The notes: generated by a model not told the origin, from the letters alone. A DNA stretch of 64,000 bases from Clostridia bacterium (GCA_017549105.1 JAFYVN010000010.1:17261-81260); one strand, 5' to 3'; positions 11,228-21,618 are shown, counted from the first letter of the stretch. Numbers and translations: made by a program.

Positions 11228-12079
11228 ATGGCTAACTGCCCGAAATGCGGAAGAAAGCTTACAATATTCGATTGGAAGCCCAATTGCCCCGGTTGCGGAG
11301 TAAACCTTGTTTATTACGGAATGGAAGAAAGACTGCTTGACGAAGCTGATAAGGCTGAGGCAGAGCACGCAAGACTTCAGAAAAGAATAGACAGACTCAA
11401 AGCTTCTTTTGTAGGCTCAAAGCTTACAATCGTGAGAATTATTCTTTCTGTTCTGCCTATTGCAATGCTTATGCTTCCGCTTTGCAGCGTTACATACAGC
11501 GGTCCGTTCATTGAGCAGACAACAACAAACGTTAACGCAATCGAGATTTACAATCTTGTTTCATCGCTTGATTTTGATGCACTTTTCACAATGATCGGTT
11601 CATCGCTTCTCGGCACAAGCTTTATCGGTTATGCAGGCGCACTTGTTTGCCTTCTGCTCTCACTTGTGCTTGTTATCGTAAGCCTTCTTTTACTCACAAT
11701 TGCTTGCGGTCGCAGAGGCAATTCAAGAAACATTACTCTTAATGTAATAACAATTGTTCTTGCTGTTGCATCAACCGTTTTCTTCAACGTATTTTCAAGC
11801 AACATTACCGCTGTGTTCCCTGAATTTATCAGTGGCTCAATCGGATTTGGTATTTTTGCTTATATCGCAGCTCTTGTGGCACTTCTTGTTATTAACATTG
11901 TTATTGCAAAGAAGGGTATCAACATCAAATACAAGCCGTGCTTCGTTGGCGGCATTCCTGCAGAAGAGTATTTTGAACTCGTTAAAAAGGGAACAGATAA
12001 GGCTGTTATCCGTGAAATGATGGCAAAGGCTCTTGAAGAAAAAAAGGATGAAAAGGCAAAGGAAGAAGCCAAAGCATAA
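11228..12079 (+). CDS. Membrane protein with N-terminal zinc ribbon
   Basis: CPKC...CPGC followed by about 4 hydrophobic segments; GGAGG RBS. Confidence 0.75.
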   Translation: MANCPKCGRKLTIFDWKPNCPGCGVNLVYYGMEERLLDEADKAEAEHARLQKRIDRLKASFVGSKLTIVRIILSVLPIAMLMLPLCSVTYSGPFIEQTTTNVNAIEIYNLVSSLDFDALFTMIGSSLLGTSFIGYAGALVCLLLSLVLVIVSLLLLTIACGRRGNSRNITLNVITIVLAVASTVFFNVFSSNITAVFPEFISGSIGFGIFAYIAALVALLVINIVIAKKGINIKYKPCFVGGIPAEEYFELVKKGTDKAVIREMMAKALEEKKDEKAKEEAKA

Positions 12080-12091
12080 AACATAAATATT

Positions 12092-12130
12092 AATCCCTGT
12101 GTTTTCAATTCGAAAACACAGGGATTTTTT
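12092..12130. terminator. Bidirectional terminator
   Basis: AATCCCTGTGTTTTC-aattc-GAAAACACAGGGATT with T-tract, between convergent genes. Confidence 0.88.
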
Positions 12131-13692
12131 TAATATTCTTCTTCGGGAATGTAGTCTTCGTATACGGGTTCTTCGGGGTAGGGTTCTTCAAACTGATCTT
12201 CCGGAGGTATATCGACGGGCTCATCGTAATATGATTCATCCGTTGTTCCGTATATTTCGTCGGGATTGAAATAATCCTGAGTATATTCCTCGGTTGTTTC
12301 ACTGTTAGGGCGGAAGGGGTTGAGCGGATCTCTGCCGTCATCACCAACCCAGTTGAAAATACTCTTTTTGGTGGTGGATTCCTCTACGTAGTAAAAATGA
12401 GTTTCTGCCTCGGTGGTTGAAAGATCTTCATATTCATCGGATTCATATTCCTGCCTGCCGGTTGAACTGCCCTTTGCAAGCTCGATTGCCGAAACATGGG
12501 TTTCGGGATTTATTTCGATGTTGGTCTGACCGTAGAGAGCAAGCTGAAGATCTCTTGCGGCAGTAATGTAGTCAACAATCCAGACAAAAAGTCTGCCCGT
12601 GTATGTCTGGAAATAATCAACACCGTAGCGGTGGATTTCGTCGGGATAAGCCTGGCTGACTATATCGTATTTAAGCCAGCCGTCGCTGAGAGCCTGGGTT
12701 CCGAGCGAAATAATTTCACTCGTTTTGTAGTTGGTTGTTACATAGGGAAGGAAGGTCTGAATTGCATTGTTAAGATCGCTGACAGATGAACCTTTGACCT
12801 GATTGATGAGTGCGGAAATAAGTTCACGCTGCCTTCTGGTTCTTTCAACCTCGCTGTCGAGTTTGCGGATTCGTGCATAAATAAGAGCCTGTTCACCGGT
12901 AAGATGAACGCTTTCACCGCTTTCGAAACCTTTGACGCGGGTTGTTCTGTTCATATACTTTGCTTCGGATTCTGTAATCGGAACGGAAATACCTCCGAGT
13001 GCATCAACCGCAGCCACAAAGGATTCGTAGTTGATTGAAACGTAGTGGTCGATTTCGATTTTGTAGTTATCCGAAAGAATCTCCATCAGCTTTGCCGCAC
13101 CGCCCCACGCATATGAGTGGTTGGTTTTGTCGAATCTTTCGCTTCCGTTGATATCCATATAGGTATATGAATCGCGCAGGAAAGATGTGATGGTGATTTT
13201 GTGAGTCTTTGTGTTGACCGAAACAAGCATTGTTGAGTCGGAACGGTGAGAGCCGTCTTCGTTATCCTCGCCTATCAGAAGCACGTTGATAACTTTTTTG
13301 CTGTAGATTTTTTCACCGTTGTTTGTTGCCCACGAACGAAGAAGCTCTTTGATTGAGTTTGCGTAAGCGATGTCTGCAATGCTGTCGAAAGTCAGATTTT
13401 CGTCTTCAATTTCCTCGATGAAGGTTGCATCGGGATTACCGACATTACCTTCGCTGTGGTTGATGAGCGAAAACATCTTGCGCACGTATGCACCGCAGAG
13501 AGCGGAGACAACAAGAACAAGGCAAATACATATACTGAGAAGAGCTTTAAGGTTGCGCTTCTGATTTTTCAGAAAGAAGGGTTTGAATCGGAAGTTCCAG
13601 AAATGGCTGAGCTTATTTTTTGTGCCCTTCGGAGTACTGTAGCTCGATATGTCTTCAAAGCCGTTGGAACGTCTTCTGTTTTTATCGGACAA
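12130..13692 (-). CDS. LytR-CpsA-Psr (LCP) family protein
   Basis: NVLLIGED, RSDSTMLV, RDSY, VDALGG, ALIYARIR and RTRRQR motifs; single TM; acidic tail. Start chosen as TTG 13692 behind AGGTG. Confidence 0.9.
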   Translation of the reverse strand: MSDKNRRRSNGFEDISSYSTPKGTKNKLSHFWNFRFKPFFLKNQKRNLKALLSICICLVLVVSALCGAYVRKMFSLINHSEGNVGNPDATFIEEIEDENLTFDSIADIAYANSIKELLRSWATNNGEKIYSKKVINVLLIGEDNEDGSHRSDSTMLVSVNTKTHKITITSFLRDSYTYMDINGSERFDKTNHSYAWGGAAKLMEILSDNYKIEIDHYVSINYESFVAAVDALGGISVPITESEAKYMNRTTRVKGFESGESVHLTGEQALIYARIRKLDSEVERTRRQRELISALINQVKGSSVSDLNNAIQTFLPYVTTNYKTSEIISLGTQALSDGWLKYDIVSQAYPDEIHRYGVDYFQTYTGRLFVWIVDYITAARDLQLALYGQTNIEINPETHVSAIELAKGSSTGRQEYESDEYEDLSTTEAETHFYYVEESTTKKSIFNWVGDDGRDPLNPFRPNSETTEEYTQDYFNPDEIYGTTDESYYDEPVDIPPEDQFEEPYPEEPVYEDYIPEEEY

Positions 13693-13832
13693 AATATCAC
13701 CTGCAAACCGTATGTGTTTAGTCTTTATTACAATCAAAGGTTATTATAACATAATGCTCGCCAAAAGTTAACACTATTCACGGATTTTGTTTGAAAATTT
13801 TTTGGGAATATACAACCATATTTTGTGTATTT

Positions 13833-14801
13833 TTACAAATCAGCCTGAGCAAAGCCTATGCATTCGCGACCCCTGATCATATCGGAGGTATCTCTTGCGT
13901 TGAAATACAGGCGCAGTGTGTTGCCGTAACGTACAAGGTGGCTTGCATAAACGAACTGGTTCATCCAGGCATTTGCGCCGTGCATTGCGGGTTCTACAAG
14001 GATTTTTCTGAAATCAAAGTGCAGTCCGTCATCGGAGGTAAGAAGCAGAATTGCTGAGTGGCTTTTTCCGTTCTTTTCGTATATGCCGTTCTGAATCCCG
14101 ATGTATCCGTCGCTGAGTTTATATACTTTCAGACATCCGCTGCAAAGGTTGAGATAGGGGTCGTTTTTATCGGGGGAAATAATGGGTGTTTTTGCCGAAG
14201 TGTATCCGCAGTCGATGTTTTTGCTTTCTGCAAACGAAATATGAGTTGGTTCACAGAAACCGCAGTCCTCGATAAAAGTCATTCCGCAGGAATAATAAAG
14301 ACGGTTGATTCCGTTTTCCTGCAAAAGAAACGGATTTGAAATTTCGGTTCCTCTTTCGCTTGTTTCATAGTCCCTCGTGTTGATGATTACGGGTTCGGGT
14401 TTTGACCAGCTTTTGAGGTCGGTGCTTTTTATAACACAAATTTCAGAATTCCATTTTGCAAGATTAACAACGTTGAGTGCGTTGAAAAACAGGGGACGGG
14501 TTCTTTCGTAGAAAAGATAATAAATACCGTCTATTCTGTTGATGTTGGGTCGCATTGCCCTGTTCGTTACTTTTACGGGTTTCTCAAAATGCACACCGTC
14601 ATCACTTTCACATCGGCATAAGCCGAAGGTTGTGTGGAAAAACATATGCCATCTGCCGTCGTGACTGTTTTCGGGTGTGAGAAGTGAAGGATCGGCAACA
14701 ACGATAGACCCGCCCCAAGGCTTGAGAACGGGACTGCTTTGACTGACCCTGAATTCTGCGTTGATTATCTGATTTACCGTTAAATTCTTCATAGATTCCA
14801 A
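13833..14801 (-). CDS. Putative five-bladed beta-propeller glycoside hydrolase (GH43/32/130-like)
   Basis: VADPS, SDDGVHF, STDLKSWS and SDDGLHF Asp-box-like blade repeats. Confidence 0.6.
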   Translation of the reverse strand: MESMKNLTVNQIINAEFRVSQSSPVLKPWGGSIVVADPSLLTPENSHDGRWHMFFHTTFGLCRCESDDGVHFEKPVKVTNRAMRPNINRIDGIYYLFYERTRPLFFNALNVVNLAKWNSEICVIKSTDLKSWSKPEPVIINTRDYETSERGTEISNPFLLQENGINRLYYSCGMTFIEDCGFCEPTHISFAESKNIDCGYTSAKTPIISPDKNDPYLNLCSGCLKVYKLSDGYIGIQNGIYEKNGKSHSAILLLTSDDGLHFDFRKILVEPAMHGANAWMNQFVYASHLVRYGNTLRLYFNARDTSDMIRGRECIGFAQADL

Positions 14802-14802
14802 A

Positions 14803-15843
14803 TCACTTTGTAAGATAAGCGGAATTTACCCATCCGCTTGCTCCGGAAGCTTTGATATATGCCCAGCCGGGAACGGATTTTATAACCGTTACGCCGTCAC
14901 CGTTTGAAAGCTTGCCTATTGTCTGACTTTCCTGTTTGGGTTCAATACGGATATTGAGGTTTCCGCCTTTGGTTTTTACTTTATATTCACCCGATTCAAG
15001 AATTGCGGTACTTTGGGTTGCACCCGTATTTTCGGTGAATTCGATTTGATAATAAACATTGCCGTCTTTGAGGGGCTTGCCGTAAGCTTTATACATTTCG
15101 CTTACGGAAACGATCCTGAAGCCTTTTTCGATGAGTTCGGGAATAACAATTGCACTCAGATCGGCAGTGAAATTATAGATATCGTGCATAAGGATGATAT
15201 CGCCCTTTTCGGCATTCTGAACCACATTATCGGCAATGCGTCTGAGCTCTGCGTTTCGCTCGTCTTCCGTTCTGTCCTTGTGGGCAGAGTCTTTTGCTTT
15301 CCAGTCCTCGGTATCGATTGACCATTGGATAAGCGGCATACCGATTTTATCCGTAACATTTTTGAACGAACCGCCGGGAGCACGGAAAAGAGTAACCTCA
15401 ATATCAGTGTGTTCCAGAATTTTTTCGTTTGGCAAATCCACCTGGGTACGGATATCTTTGTCGTTGCATTTGGTGAGGTTTTTATGGTCGTTTGTGTGGT
15501 TGCCGATTTCACATCCGATTGCCTGAGCACGTCTGATTGTGTTGATATTTTTTTCGATGTTGTAGCCAACAACAAAGAAGGTTGCCGTTGCACCGTTTTC
15601 TTCAAGAATATCAAGGATTTTTTCTGTATGGACAGAATGCGGACCGTCATCGTAGGTCAATGCGATGAGCTTGTCCTCCGAAGAAGGGATGGCGGTTGTT
15701 TCGGCAGCGGTTGATTCGGTAATAACAGCAATGTCAGAGCCGCCTTCGCCTTCGGGAGCCGGATTTTTTTCAATGCAACCCGAAAATACCGTTGACAGCA
15801 CAATGAGCAGGGCTGTTAATGCATAAATGTGTCTTTTTTTCAT
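14803..15843 (-). CDS. Lipoprotein polysaccharide (peptidoglycan) deacetylase CE4 with C-terminal SH3b domain
   Basis: Lipobox FSGC; LTYDDGP, NHTNDH, FRAPGG and IILMHD motifs; C-terminal LNIRIEP...GWVNSAYL. Confidence 0.9.
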   Translation of the reverse strand: MKKRHIYALTALLIVLSTVFSGCIEKNPAPEGEGGSDIAVITESTAAETTAIPSSEDKLIALTYDDGPHSVHTEKILDILEENGATATFFVVGYNIEKNINTIRRAQAIGCEIGNHTNDHKNLTKCNDKDIRTQVDLPNEKILEHTDIEVTLFRAPGGSFKNVTDKIGMPLIQWSIDTEDWKAKDSAHKDRTEDERNAELRRIADNVVQNAEKGDIILMHDIYNFTADLSAIVIPELIEKGFRIVSVSEMYKAYGKPLKDGNVYYQIEFTENTGATQSTAILESGEYKVKTKGGNLNIRIEPKQESQTIGKLSNGDGVTVIKSVPGWAYIKASGASGWVNSAYLTK

Positions 15844-16098
15844 CTTTTCGTCCCTCATTTTAACGTATATAAACGTATATATAGTTATTATATTACTATA
15901 TATGCGACTTAAAATTACTTTTTGGAAAAATAATTGTTTTTGAGAAAAATTAATTATTTTGTCATATTTTGTGCCGATTGCAGAGTAAATTTACAGAAAA
16001 TTTAAGGCAACTGCTAAAATATGAGCGGTTTTTCTTGAATATGGCGTAAAAGTTTGATATAATATCAATTATCTATGAAATCCTCGGAGGATAAAGTT

Positions 16099-17403
16099 AT
16101 GTTTCAGATGTTGATTGAATATTTAAGGGAGAGAAAGGTGCTTATTCTCGGCTTTGGCAGAGAGGGTCGCTCCACTTATGATATTATAAGAAGAAATCTG
16201 CCCGATAAAAAAATCGGTATTGCAGATATGCGTATGATTGAGCTTGATGACCCCAACGTTACTCTTCATTGCGGAGAAAATTATCTTGATGCTATTGAAG
16301 AATATGAAACGGTTATCAAAACTCCCGGAATTTCGTTCAGAGATGTTGCGGTTTCGAGCAACATAGAAGTAACCTGCCAGACAGATTTGTTTTTGCGTTT
16401 TTCAAAGGGTGTCTGCATCGGTGTTACCGGTACAAAGGGTAAAACAACAACCTCGACCCTTATCTATGAAATGATAAAGCAGGCGGGCAAGAGTGTTTGC
16501 CTTATCGGAAATATGGGAGTGCCTGTGCTCGACAGCCTTGAAAGCGGAAGCACTCTTGCTGCGGTTATCGAAATGTCGTCGCACCAGCTTGAGTATACAA
16601 CCGCATCACCCCACGTTGCGGTTATGACAAATATTTATCCCGAACATCTTGACCATTACAACGGTTTTACGGGATATGTTACCGCAAAGATGAACATAAT
16701 CCGTCACCAGGTCGGATGTGACTACTTTATCTGCAATGCATGGCAGAATTATGAGGAGCATTTCAACTTCTCAAAAACCGAAACTTCGGTTATCAGAGTT
16801 TGCGAAAACGGTGGAATCGGTGACGAAGAAATCATTGCTGCTGCAGCCTCGAACGAGCGTCTGAAGGGTGCACATAACAAGCAGAATGTTCTTTTTGCCG
16901 CAACTGCCGCAAGATGCATCGGCATAAAGGACGAAGATATCATCGAAGCAGTTAAGAATTTCAAGGGAATTGAAAACCGTATGGAGCCTATTGGCGAATA
17001 TCACGGAATAAAATTCTATAACGATGCGATTGCAACCATTCCTCACGCTGTTGAATGTGCAATTGAAGCGCTTGAGGATGTTGATACTCTCATTTTCGGC
17101 GGTATGGACAGAGGAATTGATTATTCGGGATTTGAAAAATATCTTGAAAAGTGCAAGGTCAGAAATCTTATCGGTATGCCCGACACGGGATTTGACATCT
17201 GCAACAGACTTATTGAAAAGGGTTGCAAGAAGAATATCGTTCTTGCCGAAACAATGGCGGAAGCAGTTGAAGCGGCTTTCAGATTCACCGAAAAAGGCAA
17301 GAGCTGTATCATGTCGCCTGCGGCATCAAGTTATAATGTATATAAAGATTTTGAGGATAAGGGCAATCACTATAAAATGGTTGTCAAGTCCTGGGAATGT
17401 TGA
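16099..17403 (+). CDS. murD: UDP-N-acetylmuramoyl-L-alanine--D-glutamate ligase
   Basis: LGFGREG, KTPGI, GVTGTKGKTTT, EMSSHQL, EHLDH, YNDAIAT and SPAASSY motifs; ATG 16099 behind GGAGG. Confidence 0.9.
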   Translation: MFQMLIEYLRERKVLILGFGREGRSTYDIIRRNLPDKKIGIADMRMIELDDPNVTLHCGENYLDAIEEYETVIKTPGISFRDVAVSSNIEVTCQTDLFLRFSKGVCIGVTGTKGKTTTSTLIYEMIKQAGKSVCLIGNMGVPVLDSLESGSTLAAVIEMSSHQLEYTTASPHVAVMTNIYPEHLDHYNGFTGYVTAKMNIIRHQVGCDYFICNAWQNYEEHFNFSKTETSVIRVCENGGIGDEEIIAAAASNERLKGAHNKQNVLFAATAARCIGIKDEDIIEAVKNFKGIENRMEPIGEYHGIKFYNDAIATIPHAVECAIEALEDVDTLIFGGMDRGIDYSGFEKYLEKCKVRNLIGMPDTGFDICNRLIEKGCKKNIVLAETMAEAVEAAFRFTEKGKSCIMSPAASSYNVYKDFEDKGNHYKMVVKSWEC

Positions 17404-17421
17404 ATTTAAAATAATATTTTG

Positions 17422-17445
17422 CGGGCGACCAAGGGTCGCCCCTAC
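17422..17445 (-). repeat. GTAG-type REP palindrome
   Basis: Minus strand GTAG-GGGCGACC-ctt-GGTCGCCC-G, intergenic. Confidence 0.7.
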
Positions 17446-17461
17446 TTTTTTATGCAGAATC

Positions 17462-17722
17462 ATTAAGAAAACTCTAAGTTTCTTAAGGTTACATAAATCC
17501 GGTTGACTTTACCGAAAGAAAGCGGTAAACTGAAGCCATAACAAACGGGCAACGCCCAAAAGGAGAAAAATTATGGATAATTTCATCAAAGGATTTTCGG
17601 CATTCATTCTTGCGATTGTTGTTGCAATCAACGCTTTCGGTAACTTCATCGGTGTTGGCGATATTATTCCCACCGAACCCGAAACAACTGTAATTGAAAC
17701 AACTCTTCCCGAAGAAACAACA
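17462..17722 (+). repeat. Direct repeat copy 1 (promoter, RBS and first about 50 codons)
   Basis: Near-identical to 18388-18652. Confidence 0.92.
17503..17531 (+). promoter_or_regulatory. sigma-A promoter (second copy at 18429-18457)
   Basis: TTGACT-17 nt-TAAACT. Confidence 0.75.
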
Positions 17723-18379
17723 GCATATGAAACATCTGAAGAAATCCTCGCGCTTTACAACTCATCGGTAAATGATGCATATGCAAATAAAGTCGGTTTC
17801 AGCAAAGAACGATATACTGATAATGAGGTTATTAACATTTCTGCCGCTCTTGTTGCTTTCAAAGATCTTATTGGTCAGTTTATGGGCATCGGAGAAGAAA
17901 ATAAATATATAATGAATGTTTCAAAAGGTGAGTGGGAAGAGGATATTCCTCACCATTATCTCAGAAAGAGCACCCTTACCGCTGATGATATAACAAGGGC
18001 AGTCTGTACAGAATCAAACGGACAAAAGACAATTATTCTCACTGTTAAATCCGGCAGCAGCAAAGCTTCCAAAACAGAAGAGTATAATAATTCACCTGTT
18101 GATAAATGCGGTATCTGTGTCGGCAACGAAAATAAAAGCTATTTCGACCATAAGACAGCTCCCGTTGTTTACAGTGCAATCGGCACGGTGTTCTCCAATG
18201 TAGTTGTCGAAGAGCAGAATTCAAATGCGGTTATCAAAGCTGTTGTTGATTCCGAAACAGGCAATCTTATAAGACTTGATGTTGATTTTGATGTTGCTTA
18301 TCAGATTGATATCGGTGCTGCCGGATCGGGTGATGCAAAGGGCACAACACATATTATTTATAAAGATTTTGAGTATTGA
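17573..18379 (+). CDS. Exported or membrane-anchored protein of unknown function, paralog A
   Basis: Hydrophobic N-terminus, Thr/Glu-rich linker, ends IYKDFEY; AGGAG RBS. Confidence 0.8.
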   Translation: MDNFIKGFSAFILAIVVAINAFGNFIGVGDIIPTEPETTVIETTLPEETTAYETSEEILALYNSSVNDAYANKVGFSKERYTDNEVINISAALVAFKDLIGQFMGIGEENKYIMNVSKGEWEEDIPHHYLRKSTLTADDITRAVCTESNGQKTIILTVKSGSSKASKTEEYNNSPVDKCGICVGNENKSYFDHKTAPVVYSAIGTVFSNVVVEEQNSNAVIKAVVDSETGNLIRLDVDFDVAYQIDIGAAGSGDAKGTTHIIYKDFEY

Positions 18380-18387
18380 GTTAAAAT

Positions 18388-18652
18388 ATTAAGAAACCTC
18401 TAAAATTCTTAAGGTTACATAAATCCGGTTGACTTTACCGAAAGAAAGTGGTAAACTGAAGCCATAACAAACGGGCAACGCCCGAAAAAGGAGAAAAAAT
18501 CATGGATAATTTCATCAAAGGATTTTCGGCATTCATTCTTGCGATTGTTGTTGCAATCAACGCTTTCGGTAACTTTATCGGCGTAGGTGACATCATTCCC
18601 ACCGAACCCGAAACAACTGTTATTGAAACCACTCTTCCCGAAGAAACAACAG
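18388..18652 (+). repeat. Direct repeat copy 2
   Basis: Near-identical to 17462-17722. Confidence 0.92.
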
Positions 18653-19296
18653 TTACTGATGCAGAAGCAATTGCAGATTTTGTTGCACTTTACAATTCAG
18701 AAACTGCAAAAATCGTTGAAAACGGCACATACGGTATCAACAGAGTTTGCTCATACACAAAGCCCATCGATGTTGGCGCTGCAACTGATATTCTTAATAC
18801 TTTAATCGCTGCAATTGACGAAAATTCAAACCTTGACAGCGTTGTCGGCAGCTTTCTCGGTGTTGGCACAATAAAGCGTGAATCACCCGAAGACGTTTCT
18901 TCTTATTATGAAGATTACCTTCTTAAGGCAAGCACTCTTAAGGCTGAGGATATTGAGTCTTTCAGTGAAGAAAACGGTGTTTACACATTCACTCTTTCAG
19001 ATGTTGCTAATCCCAAGAAAGACGGCACAACAGCTCTTTCAAGATTTACAAACGATTTCGTCACACATGAAGATGTTGTTGAAAATATCGCACAGTTCAC
19101 AACAGCTGTAAAAGTTAACAGTTCAAATGCTGAATTTACCAATATCAAGGTTTCGGTAACTGTTGTTGAAGGAAAAATCACAAACATCAAGTATTCATAC
19201 GCAATGGATGCTGAAATTAACCTCAATGCAGTTGTTGCTGTTCACGGCACAGGTGCAACGGCAGTTAAAGCAGAGTTCTCAAATATTGCATATTAA
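18502..19296 (+). CDS. Exported or membrane-anchored protein of unknown function, paralog B
   Basis: First 50 aa identical to paralog A; remainder divergent; ends EFSNIAY. Confidence 0.8.
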   Translation: MDNFIKGFSAFILAIVVAINAFGNFIGVGDIIPTEPETTVIETTLPEETTVTDAEAIADFVALYNSETAKIVENGTYGINRVCSYTKPIDVGAATDILNTLIAAIDENSNLDSVVGSFLGVGTIKRESPEDVSSYYEDYLLKASTLKAEDIESFSEENGVYTFTLSDVANPKKDGTTALSRFTNDFVTHEDVVENIAQFTTAVKVNSSNAEFTNIKVSVTVVEGKITNIKYSYAMDAEINLNAVVAVHGTGATAVKAEFSNIAY

Positions 19297-19306
19297 TCAA
19301 AAAATT

Positions 19307-19340
19307 ATCACCCGGGAGAATGCTCTCTTGGGTGATTTTG
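19307..19340. terminator. Bidirectional terminator
   Basis: ATCACCCGGGAGA-atgc-TCTCTTGGGTGAT hairpin between convergent genes. Confidence 0.7.
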
Positions 19341-19348
19341 CATTTATA

Positions 19349-20707
19349 TCAGTTTTTAAGGCTCTGCATCGGAGCGGGGATTCTGCCGCCTCTGTTGATG
19401 AACTTTGCGGGGGAGTAGGTTGAAAGGGGCATAACGGGCCCGCTTCCCAAAAGTCCGCCAAAGCTGAGTTCTTCGCCAACCTTCTTGCCGATTGCGGGGA
19501 TAACTCTGACTGCGGTTGTCTTTGAATTGACCATACCGATTGCGGCTTCGTCGGCAATGATTGCAGAGATAACCTCTGCGGGGGTATCTCCCGGAATGTT
19601 AATCATATCAAGACCTACGGAGCATACGGCTGTCATTGCTTCGAGTTTGTTGAGGCTGAGAGCACCGCATCTTGCGGCATGAATCATACCTGCGTCTTCT
19701 GTAACGGGAATGAATGCGCCCGAAAGTCCGCCAACGTGTGACGATGCCATAACACCGCCTTTTTTGACTGCATCGTTGAGAAGAGCAAGAGCGGCTGTTG
19801 TGCCGTGGCATCCGCAGCACTCAAGACCCATTTCCTCAAGGATATATGCAACCGAGTCGCCGATAGCGGGAGTCGGAGCAAGTGAAAGGTCAACAATACC
19901 GAAGGGTACGCCGAGTCTGCGTGAAGCTTCGCTTGCAACGAGCTGACCCATACGGGTGATTTTGAATGCGGTTTTTTTGATAAGGTCTGCAACCGCTGTA
20001 AGGTCGCAGTCGCCCGCCTTTGCGAGAGCCGCTCTTACAACACCGGGACCCGAAACACCTACGTTGATAACGCAGTCGGGTTCGCCCGCACCGTGGAACG
20101 CACCCGCCATAAACGGGTTATCCTCGGGAGCGTTGCAAAAAACAACAAGCTTTGCGGGACCGATGCAGTCTCTGTCTGCGGTAAGCTCCGCACTTTTTCT
20201 GACTACCTTGCCCATAAGACCGACGGCATCCATATTGATGCCCGCTTTTGTTGAGCCGATGTTGACTGATGAACAGATGTGGTCGGTCACGCTGAGAGCT
20301 TCGGGAATTGCTTCGATAAGCTCTCTGTCGCCGGGGCCGAAGCCTTTCTGAACAAGAGCGGAAAAACCGCCGAGGAAGTTGACTCCGCAGGCAACAGCCG
20401 CCTTTTCAAGTGTTTTTGCGAGCTTTATGGCATCCTTGTTTTCGCAGGAAGCGAGAATCATAGCCGCAGGAGTAACCGAAATTCTTTTATTGATGATGGG
20501 GATACCGAATTCCTTCTCAATCTGTTCGCCCGTTGCAACAAGGTCTTTTGCGTAGCGGGTGATTTTGTCGTAGACCTTCTGACACATAACATCAACGTCG
20601 CTGTGGCAGCAGTCGAGAAGGGAAATACCCATTGTTATTGTACGCACATCCAGGTGTTCATCCTGGATCATTGTTATTGTTTCAAGAATGTCTCTTGCGT
20701 TAAGCAC
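19349..20707 (-). CDS. UPF0210/DUF711 PFL-like family protein
   Basis: [35 protein letters not shown] and [15 protein letters not shown] motifs; adjacent to an ACT gene. Confidence 0.92.
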   Translation of the reverse strand: MLNARDILETITMIQDEHLDVRTITMGISLLDCCHSDVDVMCQKVYDKITRYAKDLVATGEQIEKEFGIPIINKRISVTPAAMILASCENKDAIKLAKTLEKAAVACGVNFLGGFSALVQKGFGPGDRELIEAIPEALSVTDHICSSVNIGSTKAGINMDAVGLMGKVVRKSAELTADRDCIGPAKLVVFCNAPEDNPFMAGAFHGAGEPDCVINVGVSGPGVVRAALAKAGDCDLTAVADLIKKTAFKITRMGQLVASEASRRLGVPFGIVDLSLAPTPAIGDSVAYILEEMGLECCGCHGTTAALALLNDAVKKGGVMASSHVGGLSGAFIPVTEDAGMIHAARCGALSLNKLEAMTAVCSVGLDMINIPGDTPAEVISAIIADEAAIGMVNSKTTAVRVIPAIGKKVGEELSFGGLLGSGPVMPLSTYSPAKFINRGGRIPAPMQSLKN

Positions 20708-20724
20708 GGAATATCACCTCACAC

Positions 20725-20994
20725 TTATATTGTATGCATTGCGTTGAAAATATCCTCGTGCATTGCGTGGATGGAAAGACCCATATCATCGCCGATTTTC
20801 TGGAGCATATCCGAGAAATCAGTAAAGGGAATGTCTGATTTTGTGATGTCTACCATCATAATCATCGCGAACATATCCTGAAGGATTGACTGGGTAACTT
20901 CGAGAACATTTATGTTGTGGTTTGAGCATTCGGTTGATACCTTTGCGAGAATACCGACCATATCCTTGCCGATAACTGTTATAACTGCACGCAT
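20725..20994 (-). CDS. UPF0237 ACT-domain protein
   Basis: MRAVITVIGKDMVGILA...HEDIFNAMHTI. Confidence 0.9.
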   Translation of the reverse strand: MRAVITVIGKDMVGILAKVSTECSNHNINVLEVTQSILQDMFAMIMMVDITKSDIPFTDFSDMLQKIGDDMGLSIHAMHEDIFNAMHTI

Positions 20995-21010
20995 AGTTTT
21001 GCCTCCGGTT

Positions 21011-21616
21011 TTATTTTATATTTAAAATTTCGATGATATCCTTAACAATAAAATCTGCCGCCGACTCGGGATTTTCTGCTTTTGTGAAAAGACATCCGTA
21101 GGTGCCTGCGTTTTTACCTGACAAAACGTCAATCTCTCTGTCGCCTATCATAACGGTTTTGCTTCTGTCGAGACCGTAGGTGTCGCAGATATAGTTGACT
21201 GCATCGGGTGCGGGTTTTGAGGGGAAGTTCATCGATGAATCGACAAATGCGGTGAAGAATTTCTTCATTCCGTATGCTTCAAGATAATGCTGAGAGGTTT
21301 CAAATCCTCTGTGGGTATATAAAAAGTGCTTTTTGCCGTTGTTGAAAAGTTCTTCGAGAACCCTGTATGTATTCTCAAAAGGAACGGCAATCGGGCAGAG
21401 ATTGTAGTTGTGTTTGTGTTTACGGAAAACAGCTTTTTCTTCTTCGCTGACGTCATAATGTTCAAAAGCGTGGGCAAATGTGATTTCGAGAAGTGCCTTT
21501 GCTTCGTCATAATCGGCTTCTTTGCCGAATTCGGCAAGTGCTTTGAGAAAAGCCGAGGTTATGTGGGGGTAGCTGTCGAACAGCATACCGTCAAAATCCC
21601 AGATATAGTTCTGCAT
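21011..21616 (-). CDS. HAD-family hydrolase
   Basis: WDFDGMLFDS, KPAPD and MIGDREIDV motifs. Confidence 0.9.
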   Translation of the reverse strand: MQNYIWDFDGMLFDSYPHITSAFLKALAEFGKEADYDEAKALLEITFAHAFEHYDVSEEEKAVFRKHKHNYNLCPIAVPFENTYRVLEELFNNGKKHFLYTHRGFETSQHYLEAYGMKKFFTAFVDSSMNFPSKPAPDAVNYICDTYGLDRSKTVMIGDREIDVLSGKNAGTYGCLFTKAENPESAADFIVKDIIEILNIK

Positions 21617-21618
21617 AA

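Noticed and set aside
17462-18652. att sites or diversity-generating retroelement TR/VR pair
   Set aside because: The repeat covers promoter and 5' coding ends, differences are not adenine-specific, and no reverse transcriptase or integrase is present.
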